Shown: piece by piece, positions 13,998-27,266 of the stretch
How the letters are laid out: each line of letters opens with the position of its first letter
Numbering within the stretch: the stretch's first letter is position 1
DNA from: Mobula hypostoma
Lineage: Eukaryota
Reading direction: 5' to 3'
Assembly: GCF_963921235.1 (NCBI RefSeq)
Contig: NC_086097.1
Location: 106,580,001 to 106,644,000 of the forward strand
DNA: 64,000 nucleotides
Notes under the pieces: model-generated
What the model was told of the DNA's origin: nothing
Databases searched by the model: none
The model's input: only the letters and a program-made list of their open reading frames with translations
Position numbers and translations under genes: made by a program

Positions 13998-15780
13998 GTT
14001 TGAAGTTCAAAGAAAATGTATTATCAAAGAACATATATATCACCATATACAACCCTGAGGTTTGTTTTCTTCTGAGCATACAGAGCAAATCCAAGAAAGA
14101 TAAATGAATCAATGAAAGTCTGCACCCAACAGGATGGACAGACAACCAATGTGTAAAAGACAACATACAGTGCTAATATAAAAGACACAAAAATATGCAA
14201 TAAATATCAAGAACATGAGATGAAGGGTCCTTGAAAGAAAGTCCATAGGTTGTGGGAACAGTTCAGTATGGGACGAGTGAAGTTGAGTAAAGTTATCCAC
14301 TTTGGTCCAAAAGCCTGGAGGATAATAATTGATCCTGAACCTGGTGGTGTAGGTCCTGAGGCTCCTGTACCTCCTTCCTGATAGCAACATCAAGAAGACA
14401 GCATGTCCTGGGTGACGTGGGTCCTTGATAATGGATGCTGCTTTCTTTGACAGTGTTCTGTGTAGATATGCTCAATGATGGGGAGAACTTTACTTGTGAT
14501 GTTCTGGGTCATGTCCTCTACCTATTGTAGTATTTTCTGTTCAAAGGCATTGGTGTTTCTATACCAGGCCATTACGCCACCACTATAGATCTATGGAGGT
14601 TTGTCAAAGAATTAGGAGTCATGTTGAATCTTCACAAACTCCTAATAATGCAGAAGTGCTATTGTGCTTTCCTCGTAATCGCACTTATGTGCTGGGCCTA
14701 GGATAGGTCCTCCAAAATGATAACACTGAGGAATTTAGAGCTGCTGATCCCTTCTACCTCCAATCCCTGAAGAGTACTGGCTCATGAACTTCTGGTTTCC
14801 TCATCCTGAATTCAATAAAGAGCTCCTTGGTCTTCCTGAGGTTTATGTTCTGGCATCACACAGACTGTTTCCCTCCTATGCGCTGATTCATCACCACCTT
14901 TGATTCAGCCAATGACAACAGCTGAATCAGCAAAGACAAATTTAGCATTGGACCTGTGCTTTGCCACACAGTTAATATAGAACATAGAAATTTACAGCAT
15001 ATTACAGGCCCTTCGGCCCACAATGTTGGGATGACCATGTAACCTACTCTAGAAACTGCCTAGAATTTCCCTAGCACATAGCCCTCTATTTTTCTAAGCT
15101 ACAATTATAAGTGTAAAATGAGTAGAGCAGAGGGCTATGCACACAGCCCTGTGGTGCATCTGTGCTGATAGGGATTGTGGAAGTGATGTTGTTGACGACC
15201 TAAACTGATCAGGGTCTGCAAATTAGGAAACTGAGGATCGAGTTGTATAAGGAGGTATTGAGGCCAATGAATTGAAGCTTATTGATTAGTTTTGAGGGGA
15301 TGATTAAATTGAATGCTGAGCTACAGTTAAAAAGCATCCTGATGTATGCTGTCCAGATGTCCCAGGGTTGAGTGAAGAGCCTATGAAATGCTACCTGCTG
15401 TGGACCTGTTGTGCCAGTAGGCATATTGAGCAGATCCATGTCACTTCTCAGGCAGGAGTTGATTTGCTTCATCACCAAACTCTCAAGGCACTTTATCACT
15501 GTGCTACTGGATGATAGACGTTGAGGCAGGTTCCAACGTTCTTCATAGGCACTGGTATAATTGAAACCTGCTGGTATAATTAAGCAGATATGATTAAGTG
15601 AGAGGTTAAAGATATTGGTGAACATTCCAGCCAGTTAATCTGCACAGGTCTTTGGTACTCGGCCAAGTAACCCCATCTGGGCCGGATGGTTTTTGTGGGT
15701 TCACCCTAGAATGCTCTCACATTGGCCACAGAGACTGAAATCACAGGGTCATCAGGGGCTGTGGAAGTTTGTGACAGTCA
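13998..15780 (-). mobile_element. Rex1/Babar-like LINE, decayed RT to 3' UTR (interrupted by a CR1 tail at ~14975-15100)
   Basis: ORFs give FTNIFNLSL, KCLESLV, YIRMLF..SSAFNLIIPSKLINKL..LGL, LLSGRRYRSLRTYTTRFRINYYP. Confidence 0.8.
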
Positions 15781-15799
15781 TACGGAAGGCATGCCAGCA

Positions 15800-16642
15800 G
15801 CTCTACAACAATAGGAATTTGAGGAAACTCATTACGTCAAAGAACAATAAATAATAATAAAGGCATCCGTTAGTCTTGCGAGACCATGGATCTGCGCCTG
15901 GAAAATCTTCACTCTCCAGGGCACAGGCCTGGGCAAGGTTGTGTGGAAGACCAGCAGCTGCCCATGCTGCAAGTTTCCCCTCTCCACGACACCAATGTTG
16001 TCCAAGGGAAGGGCATTAGGACCCATACAGCTTGGCACCAGTGTTGTCGCAGATCAATGTGTGATTAAGTGCCTTGCTCAAGGACACAACACGTTCCCTC
16101 AGCTGGGGCTCAAACTCACGACCTTCAAGTCGCTAGTCCAATGCCTTAACCACTTGGCCACGTGCCCACACTATGTCAAAGAATCTTATAAATATCTACA
16201 GGAGAACATTCTGACTGGTTGCATCACAGCCTGGTATGGAGGTTTCAATGCACAGGACCTCAAGAAGCTGCAGAGAGTTATAGACTCAGCTCGTTCCATC
16301 ATGGACACAAACCTCCCCAACATTGAGGCATCTTCAACAGGCAGTGCCTCAATAAGGTGGCATCTATCACTAAGGACCCTCACCACCCAAGGTATGCCTT
16401 CTTCTCATTACTACCATTGGGAAGATGATTCAGGAGCCTAAAAACTCACACTCAATGATACAGGAACAGCTTATTCCCCTCTGAAAGGTACATGGACCAT
16501 CAACACTTCCCCATTGTTCCTTTTCTTTGCATTATTACATTTATTTTTTAAAATTATTATAAACTTACAGTAATTTTATACCTTTGCATTGTACTACTGC
16601 CACTAAACAACCGTCAGTGATAATAAATCTGATTCTGATTTT
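15800..16642 (+). mobile_element. Rex1/Babar-like LINE 3' fragment hosting the SINE above
   Basis: ENILTGCITAWYGGFNAQDLKKLQRVIDSARSI; ends aataaatctgattctgatt. Confidence 0.8.
15845..16171 (-). mobile_element. tRNA-derived SINE with target-site duplication
   Basis: Box A tggccaagtgg, box B gagtttgagcc, body gtgtccttgagcaaggcactta, (TTA)n tail; TSD taYgtcaaagaa at 15833-15844 and 16172-16183. Confidence 0.85.
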
Positions 16643-16744
16643 GAGCTCAAAATCAAACTATTATAAAGCACATCCATATTTCTTGAGCATCTAATGCCAT
16701 AAATAGACTACGTATATTTTTTAAAAATCCTATCAAATTAATAT

Positions 16745-17745
16745 ATTGGTGTCAACATCCATAGATCCCTAAAATTGCCGCGCAAGGTGATAGGGTTGCT
16801 AGGGCTCTTATCCCTCCTGCCATCTGGCAAAAGGCACCAAAGTATTTGGGCTCTCATGACCAGACTATGTAACAGTTTCTTCTCCCAAGCCATCAGACTC
16901 CTCAATACCCAAAGCCTGGACTGACACCAACCTACTGCCTTCTACTGTGTCTATTGTCTTGTTTATAATTTATTGTAATACCTGAACTGCTTTGTGCACT
17001 TTATGCAGTCCTAGGTAGGTCTGTAGTCTAGTGTAGTTTTTGTATTGTTTCATGTAGCACCATGGTCCTGAAAAATGTTGTCTCGTTTCTACTATGTACT
17101 GTATCAACAGTTATGGTCAAAATGACAATAAAAAGTGACTTGACTTGACTTGAAGACGTGGTGTGTTGGCGTTCATTAGTTGGGGGATTGAGTTCAAAAG
17201 CCATGAGGTAATATTGCAGCTCTGTATAACCCTGGTTAGATAACACTTGAAATATTATGTTCAGTTCCGGTTACCTCATTATAGAAATTTTGTGGAGGCT
17301 TTAAAGAATATGCAGAGGAGAATTTTCGGGACGATGCCTGGACCAGAAAGGTACGGGTTATAAAGATAGGTTGAGTAAGCTCGGGCTTTTTTCTTTGGAG
17401 CGACGTTGGATGAGAGATGACTTGATAGAGGTGTATAAGATGATAAGAAACATAGATAGAGTGGATAGTCAGAGACATTTTCCAAGGGTGAAACTGGATA
17501 ATACAAGGGAGCATAATTTTAAGATGATTGGAGTAAAGTACAGGGGGTTGTCAGAAATCGGTTCTTCACACAGAGAGTGTTGGGTGCGTGGAAAGCCCAG
17601 CTAGGAAAGGTTTTAGAGCCAAATATATTAGGGGAATTTAAGAAACTCTTAGATAAGCATGTGGATGATAGGAAAATGAAAGCTCTGTAGGGGAGAAGAG
17701 TTAGATTGACCTTAGAATAGATTAAAACTTCAGCACAACACAACA
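16745..17745 (+). mobile_element. CR1 3' fragment interrupted by a Rex1/Babar-like 3' fragment (16802-17152, tail (GACTT)n)
   Basis: LGLFSLERRWMRDDLIEVYKMIRNIDRVD; CR1 homology resumes after the (gactt)n tail. Confidence 0.75.
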
Positions 17746-18057
17746 TTCAGCAGTTTTTAGATCTCTACCTGCACAGAATTCTAGAGAATTACAAAATTTT
17801 ATGTTTTCTGGAATTAAAAGATTGACAAGAAGCCTGGTTTCTCCAGTACACAAACAATGCCACGTGATGCAAGCTTACAGTGCACAATGCAATCCTCGCG
17901 GATTTGATTTGATGCAAATTACGTATTTTACTGAATATTTCAATATTTCAATATACATGTGACAAATAAAGCTAATTTCCTCACTGATGGTAATAATGAG
18001 ATAATGATGGTTCTTAATAGAAGATGCTGCCTTCTTAAAGCATCTCCTCTTGAAGAT

Positions 18058-18457
18058 AGAACATACATATAACATAGAAATCTACAGCACATTACAGGCC
18101 CTGTAGCCCACAATGTTGTGCCAACCATGTAAGATACACTAGAAGCGGCTTAGAATTTCCCTCCACATGGCCTTCTATTTTTCAAAGCTCCATGTATCTG
18201 AGAGTTTCTTAAAAGACCCTGTTGTATTTGCCTCTACTACCGTCGCTGGCAGTGCATTCCAGGTACCCACCACTCTCTGTGTGAAAAACTTACCTCTGTA
18301 CCTACTTCCAAGCACCTTAGAACTATGCCCCCTAAGCCATTTAAGCCCTGGGCAAAACCTCTGACTATTCACATGATCAATGCCTCTTATCATCTTATAC
18401 ACCTCTATCAGGTCACCTCTCATCCTCCGTCACTCCAAGGAGAAAAGGCCAAGTTCA
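18058..18457 (-). mobile_element. CR1 3' fragment
   Basis: MRGDLIEVYKMIRGIDHV...FFTQRVVGTWNALP, with a (TTCTATG)-type tail. Confidence 0.85.
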
Positions 18458-18750
18458 GAGACAGCACAATTGTGACAGAAGCAATTGGCAAAAATTAATC
18501 ATATGTTATGTTTTTTGGGGAGAGACTTTCTCTGTACTTCCTATATCATTAAGCCAAGAAACCGAAGTTTACTAGTAAGGTTGGGATAATGTACATACGG
18601 ATTGCATGTTTTATTTTTGCAGTTGAAATAGGTGCAAGGTAATGGTTCTCACATTACCTAACTAACTCCCAGAGAGATTATCAATACATTGATGCTTAAG
18701 CTCAAAACATTATCTTCCGGTTTCTTACCTAAGACAGGAACCGTATAGAT

Positions 18751-18830
18751 CAGTGGTTCCCAAACTGGGGTCCATGGACCCCACAGTTAATGGCAGGGGT
18801 CCATGGAATAAAAAAGGTTGGGAACCCCTG
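18751..18830. mobile_element. 80-bp hAT-type MITE
   Basis: TIRs CAGTGGTTCCCAA / TTGGGAACCCCTG; flanking 8-mers gtatagat / gaataaat (6/8 match) fit a decayed 8-bp TSD. Confidence 0.7.
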
Positions 18831-19031
18831 GAATAAATGATGTGAATCCCTAAACAACACGGTAATCCATTGTCCCAAGTCAGTGCAAAACCAGTGCTTA
18901 TATCCTCATTTATGTCAATCTATGCTGCAACTTAGCAACACAAAGTGAACAATAAAATTACTTTTACGGTTCTAAGCACTTACATATTCATAACACATAT
19001 TGATAAATTATTTTTACAATTATACATAAAA

Positions 19032-19482
19032 CAACTTTACTTTATTGTAGCCAAACAATTGATACTAGAGCATACAATCATCACAGCGATATTTGATTCT
19101 GCACTTCACGCTCCCTGGATTACAACTCGATAGTAAATATTAAAAATTTAAATTATAAATCATAAATAGAAAATAGAAAAGGGAAAATAAGGTAGTGCAA
19201 AAAAAAACCGAGAGGCAGGTCTGGATATTTGGAGGGTACGGCCCAGATCCGGGTCAGGATCCGTACAGCAGTCTTATCACAGTTGGAAAGAAGCTGTTCC
19301 CAAATCTGGCCGTACGAGTCTTCAAGCTCCTGAGCCTTCTCCCCAAAGGAAGAGGGACGAAAAGTGTGTTGGCTGTGTGGGCCGTGTCCTTGATTATCCT
19401 GGCAGCACTGCTCCGACAGCGTGCGGTGTAAAGTGAATCCAAGGACGGAAGATTGGTTTGTGTGATATGCTGCGCTGTGTTC
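19032..19482 (-). mobile_element. Rex1/Babar-like LINE 3' fragment (second subfamily)
   Basis: SLYTARCRSSAARIIKDTAHTANTLFVPLPLGRRLRSLKTRTARFGNSFFPTVIRLL; its 3' end recurs in the opposite orientation at ~28215-28333. Confidence 0.8.
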
Positions 19483-20254
19483 TTGACTTAACTTGACTTA
19501 ATATTTAGCTTTTCTAGTCGATCATGCTCCAAAACACTCAGCACAAAATCTCATAGACTTGGCAGCAACAAACTGATGATATAAATGAAGAGGGCTTTTT
19601 GCTGCAGAACTCAGGGGTCTGTGGCATCTCTCAGAGGACACTCAGCAGCCCTGATAAATGTCCCAATGTGAGCAGATGTAGCTCAGATAACACAAAGGCA
19701 CTCTATCCCCGTCTGTTTGCTTTGCACCAATTCTATAAAAGCTGCAACGTTTTGCTATGGCTCTCTCTCTGTTCATAGCTCACTTCCCCTCAAAAAAATC
19801 ATCACTAATTATAAAGTTATTGTCATGTAGTCTTTAACTAATAGGTTAGTTTTCTTGAATTTAAACCAGGAGGCACTGATGTGGAATTTCACAATTGAGA
19901 AAGAAATGTCAACCTTTTTTTATATGAGAGCGATGAACTTTTTCCCGGATGCTATTATGAAGCTGTAGTGAACAAAATGCATCGTTTATAACCTGAAGCG
20001 CCACTATTATCTACTGGCCAGACGCTTGTTTTCAAAAACATAAAGACCTTTTTTCTCACTGTAACTAAAGCTCATTGTGAATCTCAATCTACCTTTTCAT
20101 TTCTGAAAGAATGCTGACACTCTTGCAGACAAAGTTCCCAGGCAATCACACAAGTGTTCTTATATATCAAAATGGTATGTATTTTGTGGCTTAAATATAT
20201 CACATTTTTAGTACATTCACTGTATACAGATATACTGTGATTTTACCCACAGAG

Positions 20255-20572
20255 CTACCGCTCACTGGATGATTTTTGCTTTTCGCACCATTCTCTGTAA
20301 GCACTAGACTACTGTGTGTGAAAATCTCAGGGGATCAGCAGTCTCTGTGATACTCAAACTTCTCAACCTGGCACCAAAAATCATTCCACGGTCAAAGTCA
20401 CTTTGAACACTTTTCTTTCCCATTCTGATGTTTTGTCTGAACAACAACTGAACCTCTTGACCATGTCTGCATGTTTTATGCATTGAGTTGCTGTTACATG
20501 ATTGGCTGATTAGATAATAGCACTAACGGGCAGATGTACAGCTGTATCTAATAAAGTGGCTATTAAGTGTGC
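20255..20572 (-). mobile_element. Tc1-like DNA transposon end fragment
   Basis: Ends tatctaataaagtggctattaagtgt; body resembles widespread fish Tc1-like elements (recognition, not a search). Confidence 0.55.
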
Positions 20573-21499
20573 ATGTGTGTAACTCAATATTTTCTCAACA
20601 ATGTAATACCACAGCATAAATAATCTTCAGAAATTATTAGAACACCAAATTGATAGCAGTGTATGCCCATTTCTCAGTTTCAGTTACTGTTGTGGCAATG
20701 ACTCCATAAGCAAAATATGTAAGAGCCATATTTCTTCTGTACTTTTAAAGTTGTTAATCTAAAGCACGGTGGGATTCTGACCTGCTATCAAAGGAAAGCT
20801 CAGAGGAACCAAGAAGTATCTGAGTATAGATGATCATTGTCTTTGGGCAAGAAATGGTGATTAAATATATTCAAAATAATGTTATTAAGGAATCTTTAAT
20901 CTAAACCTTAGCAAAAGCAGTTTTCAATTTCAGCCAGATTTTTCACATTTGTCAGAGTAGTTAATATTAAGGGTAGATTTTCAACTTGACACTTGTGTGT
21001 AAAACTGGCATTGCATATCAGCCATCTGTTCTAGAAACCACTCAATTTTCATATCTATTCATTTCTAAGGAATATAAAATCATCTTGTTTTGATAATAAG
21101 CCTTTGAATCACATTGCCAAGTTACATCAGTGCACTATGCTGAATTTCTTCTGCTTTGTATTTGAAATTGGGTGCCCAAGGACAAGATAGTCGCAGATGA
21201 AGAAGGCTTATTCCCTTTTCTTGGTTCATCAAACCAGACAAATCTTAAAGCAGTGCTTCATCCAGAAGATTAGTCTACACACTGATTGCTCTATGTATAA
21301 AAACATATTTCCGACTAATATTTAAATAATTATTGATTTAAATGTTTGTATTTCTACTTTGTTTAACAGCTTAAAGTTGTATAATTTTCCAAGGATTAAT
21401 TTTTCTTCAATCATTACCAAACACATCTTAAGCTGCAAGTTCACTTTTTAGCTGCTTCTTTTCCATATTTTTATAGTTTTTATCATAATTCAGCCTTCT

Positions 21500-21695
21500 A
21501 TGGAATTCATTGCTAAGAGGGAGGTGAATGCCAAGGCATTAGGTGTATTTAAGGCAGAGACTGATAGGTTCTTGATTGGTAAACAGTGAAAGGTTATGGG
21601 AAGAAGTAGGGAGAATATGGTTGAAAAGAAGACAGCCATGATTGAATAGCAAAATAGACACAATGGGCCAAATGGCCTAATTCTGCTTTGAACAT
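21500..21695 (+). mobile_element. CR1 3' end fragment
   Basis: tatggaattcattgc...gtatttaaggcagagactgataggttcttgatt...aaatggcctaattctgct. Confidence 0.65.
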
Positions 21696-21926
21696 TGAAC
21701 ATTGTCGTACTACTGATAGATCTCATAACTCATCTCGACACTACATTCATCATACTTGTTGAAAATCTGGACAAAATACTGGGCAATGTATAACATTGAT
21801 GTTATTATCCCTTTATTGCCTCCTTGGATATGTACAAAGTCTTACATTAAAACATCATTGACAAATTGGCATTTTTGCATTAGCACTAGCAGATCAGCGA
21901 TTTTGACACGGTCCTGACAATTATTT

Positions 21927-22200
21927 GGGACAGCACGGTAGTGTAGTGGTTAGCACAACACTTTACAGTATGAGCAACCAGGGTTTAATTCCTGATGCTG
22001 CCTGTAAGGAGATTGAAACTTCTCTTCGACTGCATGGCTTTCCTTTGGGTGCTCCAGTTTCCTCCCACAGTCCAAAGACATTAGTAAAATTGTCCTTTGA
22101 TTAGGCTAGGATTAAATCGAGGGAGTTGTTGGGCGGCATAGCTCAAAGGGCTAGAAGGGCCTCATCAACACTATATCTCATTAAATATAACTAATACATA
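21927..22200 (+). mobile_element. HE1/V-SINE-like element
   Basis: gggacagcacggtagtgtagtggttagc (box A), gggtttaattcc (box B), gggtgctccagtttcctcccacagtccaaaga. Confidence 0.8.
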
Positions 22201-22689
22201 AATGGCATTTATGCAGTGACAGTATGCAATATGATTAATGATAAAACTGTGTATGGACTAAGGAAAGTAGCTCTATTGCTTTACCCAGTATGGTTATATG
22301 TTAATCAGGTTAGTGTAAGCACTTTAATACCCGTAACACACCACTGAGTTGAGGTCTCACACACTGCAAGTTTTTCATTAAGTACCCTGTGACTGACATC
22401 CTTAACTTTGCTATGTCATTGCTTTTCCACATGGGCTAGTGCTCTATAATTCACAACACTGCAACTCAATTGCCATGCATACTCCAGACTGTACTCTAAT
22501 TACACAATGCTAATGCTTTGCATTGAATTCCTTGTAAATAAAAAAATTACTAGTTAAAACATTGGGAAATTTGGGGAAATTCAATATAAAACAGCACATG
22601 TGTTTTTGATTCTGAAAATACAGATCTTTTTTTAAATTTATTTTTATTTATTCATTGAGATACAGTGGGGAGTTGGTCCTTCTGGTGCT

Positions 22690-22822
22690 TGGAAGAACCC
22701 AGAAGAAACACATATGCTGTCATGGGGAGAACATACAAACTCCTTACAGGCAGTGGCAGGAATTGAACCTGGTCCCTGGTACTGTAAAATGTTGTGTGAA
22801 CCACTATGCCACTGTGCCACCC
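22690..22822 (-). mobile_element. HE1/V-SINE-like 5' fragment
   Basis: Minus strand gggtggcacagtggcatagtgg...ggttcaattcctgcc. Confidence 0.65.
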
Positions 22823-23114
22823 GGTTTTTTAGCTGATAAAAATGATTGCCTGGAGAAATGGGTCAAAATTTATTTTCTGATTACTTTAAAAAAACAGCAT
22901 CTAAAATGTGATTCTTCAGTGGTGCTAGAAATTCTGTGAATCCTGTAGAATTTTCTCTACTTCTGCAGAAGTATGACCTAAAATGTGATCAGATCTTCAC
23001 ACAAGTCCTAAAACTAGAGAAAGAGAACCCAAGTAAATAAATAACACAAAAAATTATACCTGTTCATTTATTTATTGAGGAAAACGATCCAATATTACAT
23101 GCATGTGTTGCTTA

Positions 23115-23448
23115 CGGTAAATGGTACAGCAATAACTTCAACCAAACAATTCAGGTAACTGTTGATCAGTCCTGAACATCAGCTTAGAGGAATTTTAGGG
23201 CATTCCTCCATACAAAACTGTTTCAACTCTGGGATGTTGGTGGGCTTTCTTGCATGAACTGCTTGCTTCAGGACCTTTCACATTTCTATAGGATTAAGGT
23301 CAGGGCTTTGACTCAGCCATTCCAAAATATGAATTTTCTTCTTTTTAAACCATTCTGTTGTTGATTTACTCCTGTCTTTTGGATCATTATCTTGTTGCAT
23401 CATCCAACTTCTATTAAGCTTCAGGTGACAGACCGCTACCTTGACATT
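23115..23448 (-). pseudogene. Tc1 transposase, C-terminal catalytic part
   Basis: WMMQQDNDPK...EWLSQSPDLNPIE (DD34E-region motifs). Confidence 0.9.
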
Positions 23449-25535
23449 AGAACCATAGAACATTACAGCACAGAAACAGGCCTTTTGGCCCTTCTTGGCT
23501 GTGCTGAACCATTTTTCTGCCTAGTCCCACTGGCCTGCACCTGGACCATATCCCTCCATACACCTCTCATCCATGTACCTGTCCAAGTTTTTCTTAATTG
23601 TTAAAACTGAGTCTGCATTTACCACTTCATCTGGCAGCTCATTCCACACCTTACCACTCTCTGTGTGAAGAAGTCCCCCACTAATGTTCCCTTCAAACGT
23701 TTCCCCCTTCACCCTTAACCCATGTCCTCTTTTTTTTTTCTCCCCTAGCCTCAGTGGAAAAAGCCTGCTCGCATTCACTCTATCTATACCCATCATAATT
23801 TTATATACCTCTATCAAATCTCCCCTCATTCTTCTAAGCTCCAGGGAATAAAGTCCCAACCTATTCAACCTTTCTCTGTAACTCAGTTTCTCCAGTCCCG
23901 GCAATATCCTTGTAAACCTTCTCTGCACTCTTTCAACCTTATTGTAATTTCCTTCCTGTAATTTGGTGACCAAAATTGAACACAATACTCCAAATTCAGC
24001 CTCACCAATGCCTTATACAACCTCACCATAACATTCCAACTCTTATACTCAATACTTTGATTTATAAAGGCCAATGTACCAAAAGCTCTCTTTACGACCC
24101 TATCTACCTGTGACGCCACTTTTAGGGAATTTTGTATCTGTATTCCCAGATCCCTCTGCACTCCTCAGTGCCCTACCATTTACCTTGTATGTTCTACCTT
24201 GATTTGTCCTTCCAAAGTGCAATACCTCACACTTGTCTGTATTAAACCCCATCTGCCATTTTTCAGCCCATTTTTCCAGCTAGTCCAAATCCCTCTGCAA
24301 GCTTTGAAAACCTTCCTTACTGTCCACTACACCTCCAATCTTTGTATCATCAGCAAATTTGCTGATCCAATTTACCACATTATCATCCAGATCACTGATA
24401 TAGATGACAAATAACAATGGACCCAGCACTGATCCCTGTGGCACACCACTAGTCACAAGCCTCCACTCAGAGAAGCAATACTCCACTACCACTCTCTGGC
24501 TTCTTCCATTGAACCAATGTCTAATCCAATTTCCTACCTCTCCACGCACCTAGCGACTGAATCCTCTGAACTAACCTCCCATGCGGGACCTTGTCAAAGG
24601 CCTTACTGAAGTCCATGTAGACAACATCCATTGCCTTCCCATCATCCACTTTCCTGGTAACCTCCTCGAAAAACTCTAATAGATTGGTCAAACATGACCT
24701 ACCATGCACAAAGCCATGTTGACTCTCCCTAATAAGTCCCTGTCTATCCAAATACTTGTAGATCTTTTAGTACTCCTTCCAATAATTTACCTACTTCCGA
24801 CGTCAAACTTACCGGCCTATAATTTCCCAGATTACTTTCAGAGCCTTTTTAAAATAATGGAACAACATGAGCTATCCTTTAATCCTACAGCACCTCACCC
24901 GTAGATACCAACATTTTAAATATATCTGCCAGGGTCCCTGCAATTTCAACACTAGTCTCCTTCAAGGTCCGAGGGAATACCCTGTCAGGTCCTGGGGATT
25001 TATCTACTCTGATTTGCCTCAAGAGAGCAAGCACCTCCTCCTCTTCAATCTGTACAGGTTCCATGACCTCACTACTTGTTTGCTTTATTTCCATAGACTC
25101 CATGCCAGTTTCCTTAATAAATACAGATGCAAAAAAAAATTTAAGATCTCCCCCATTTCTTTTGGTTCCATACATAGCCGACCACTCTGATCTTCAAGAG
25201 GACCAATTTTATCCCTTACTCTTAATATACCTGTAGAAGCTCTTTGGACTATTCTTCACCTCGACTGCCAAAGCAACCTCATGTCTTCTTTTAGCCCTCC
25301 TGATTTCTTTCTTAAGTACTTTTTTTGCACTTTTTATACTCCTCAAGTACCTTATTTGCTCCCTGTTTCTTATACATGTCATATATCTCTCTCTTCTTCT
25401 TTATCAGAGTTCCAATATCCCTTGAGAACCAAGGTTCCTTATTCTTATTCACTTTGCCTTTAATCCTGACAGAAACATACAAACTCTGCACTCTCAAAAT
25501 TTCTCCTTTGAAGGCCTCCCACTTACCAATCACAT
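23449..25535 (-). mobile_element. 5'-truncated CR1 LINE (same family as 43069-46517), several frameshifts and deletions
   Basis: [32 protein letters not shown]; 3' tail agaaccatagaa on the + strand. Confidence 0.95.
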
Positions 25536-25539
25536 TCTT

Positions 25540-26160
25540 GATATTTGTTCCCTCAACAACTGCAAGCCGTCCAGGCCCTGAGGCAGCAAAGCAGCCCCAA
25601 ACTGTGATGCTTCACAGTTGGGATGAGGATTTGGTGTTGGTGTGCAGTACCTTTTTTCCTCCAAACATAGCAATGTGCATTTTTGCCAAAAAGTTCAACT
25701 TTTGCTCTCATTTGTCCATAGAATATTGTCCAAGAAGAACATCCAGGTGGTCTTTTACAAACTCGAGATGTGCAATAATTTTTTTTTTTGGAGAGCAATC
25801 CTTTCCTCCATGATGTACTTCCATGAACACCATTCTTATTCAGTGTTTTTCTTATAATGCACACATGAACAGAGACTTTAGCAAGTTCTTGAGATTTCTG
25901 CAGGTATTTTGCTGTTACCCTCGAGATTTTTTTCACCTCCTTTGGCAGTGCACATTGTGTTCTTGGTGTGACCTTACAGGATGCCCACTCTTAGGAAGAG
26001 TAGCAACAGTACTGAGTTCCTTCCATTTCTTGACAATCTCTCTTACTGTGGACTGATGAACACTCAGGTCTTTAGAAATGCTTTTGTAGCCTTTTCTAGC
26101 TCCATGCATCTCTACAATCCTTCTCTTAAGGTCCTCTGGAAGTTGTTTTGATCCAGGCAT
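25540..26160 (-). pseudogene. Tc1 transposase, N-terminal and central part (frameshifted)
   Basis: MPGSKQLPEDLKRRIVEMH..KGYKSISKDLSVHQSTVREIVKKWK (paired-like HTH); KVELFGKNAHCYVWRKKG...PTVKH. Confidence 0.9.
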
Positions 26161-26957
26161 AGTGCACATAAACAATCTTTCTTGAGAAGAGCAGGCTCTG
26201 TCAGTAATCTGACTATCTATGTCTTTTTTATAGGGCAGGGCACCTGTCCAACCCACATCTCCAATCTCATCTCAGTGATTGGAATACCTGACTCCAAATA
26301 GCTTTTGTAGAAGGCATTACCCCAGAGGTTCACATACTTTTTCCAACAAATACATGTAATATTGGATAATTTTTCTCAATAAATAAATGAACAGAAAAGA
26401 AACAAAAAGAAATGTTTTTTGTGTGTTTAATTATGTTCTCTTTATCTAGTTTTAGGACTTATGTGAAGATCTGATCACATTTTAGGTCATACTTATGCAG
26501 AAATAGAGAAAATTCGACAGTGTTCACAAACTTTCTAGCACTACTGTAATGTCTTTTTCTCTTTGTTTGGGATTCCTCAGCTGTTTTAGTATAAACAGTG
26601 AAGTCATACTGAGACCATTTCAGTGATCGTGATCTGTTAGAGCACAACTTAATTTTTCCATCACCCCAAAATAAGCATGCATCATTTTTTCTGCACATTA
26701 ATGGAATTGTATCAGATAGCAAGGTGATGTGATTTTGATTTCTTTGTCTTTCCTTGTAACCTCCAAGAATTGCTGCAGCTCTTAATTTCGGCTATTTTAT
26801 CCGAGTCTTACAGTAATGCCTTTCCTCCACAGCAATCATAACTATAAAACTAACTGTCAAGCTCTTCTATTTCAACAATAGTAAAAAAACTGGACTATTT
26901 TTGATTATTCATATTTCTATTAAAATCATTTACCTTCCATCCTTCAAAAGGTGAATT

Positions 26958-27266
26958 AGCTATGGTAGTATAGCAGTTAGCAAGACATTACTATAGCTCA
27001 GGATGTTCCGGAGCTCGGAGTTCAGTTCCAGTGCTGCCTGTAGGGAGCCTGACTGTCCCCCCAAGAAATGCGTGGGTTTTCCCCGGGTGCTCCAGTTTCC
27101 TCCCGCAGTCCAAAGACATACCGGGTAGGTTAATTGATCTTTGTAAATTGTCCTGTGATTAGGTTAGGGCTAATCGGGTTTGCTGGGGCTGCTAGAACGG
27201 TGTGGCTTGAAGGGCCAGAAGGCCCTACTCTGTGCTCTATCACTAAATAAACAAATAAATAAATAA
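26958..27266 (+). mobile_element. HE1/V-SINE-like element with (AAAT)n tail
   Basis: gcgtgggttttccccgggtgctccagtttcctcccgcagtccaaaga; ends cactaaataaacaaataaataaat. Confidence 0.8.

Larger units (their letters stand above)
22917..26546 (-). mobile_element. Tc1-family (IR/DR type) DNA transposon, interrupted by a CR1 insertion
   Basis: ~200-bp TIRs: CAGTGGTGCTAGAAA at 22917 and TTTCTAGCACTACTG+TA ending at 26546; the right TIR has outer and inner direct repeats (gttcacaaacttt / gttcacatacttt). Confidence 0.92.

Noticed and set aside
16085..16170. tRNA genes
   Set aside because: These are tRNA-derived SINE heads followed by SINE bodies, without a complete cloverleaf
23440..25545. 9-bp TSD (cttgacatt / cttgatatt) for the CR1 inside Tc1
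   Set aside because: The right-hand copy can be read as native transposase sequence (YQ codons) and some Tc1 codons seem missing at the site, so the match may be coincidental
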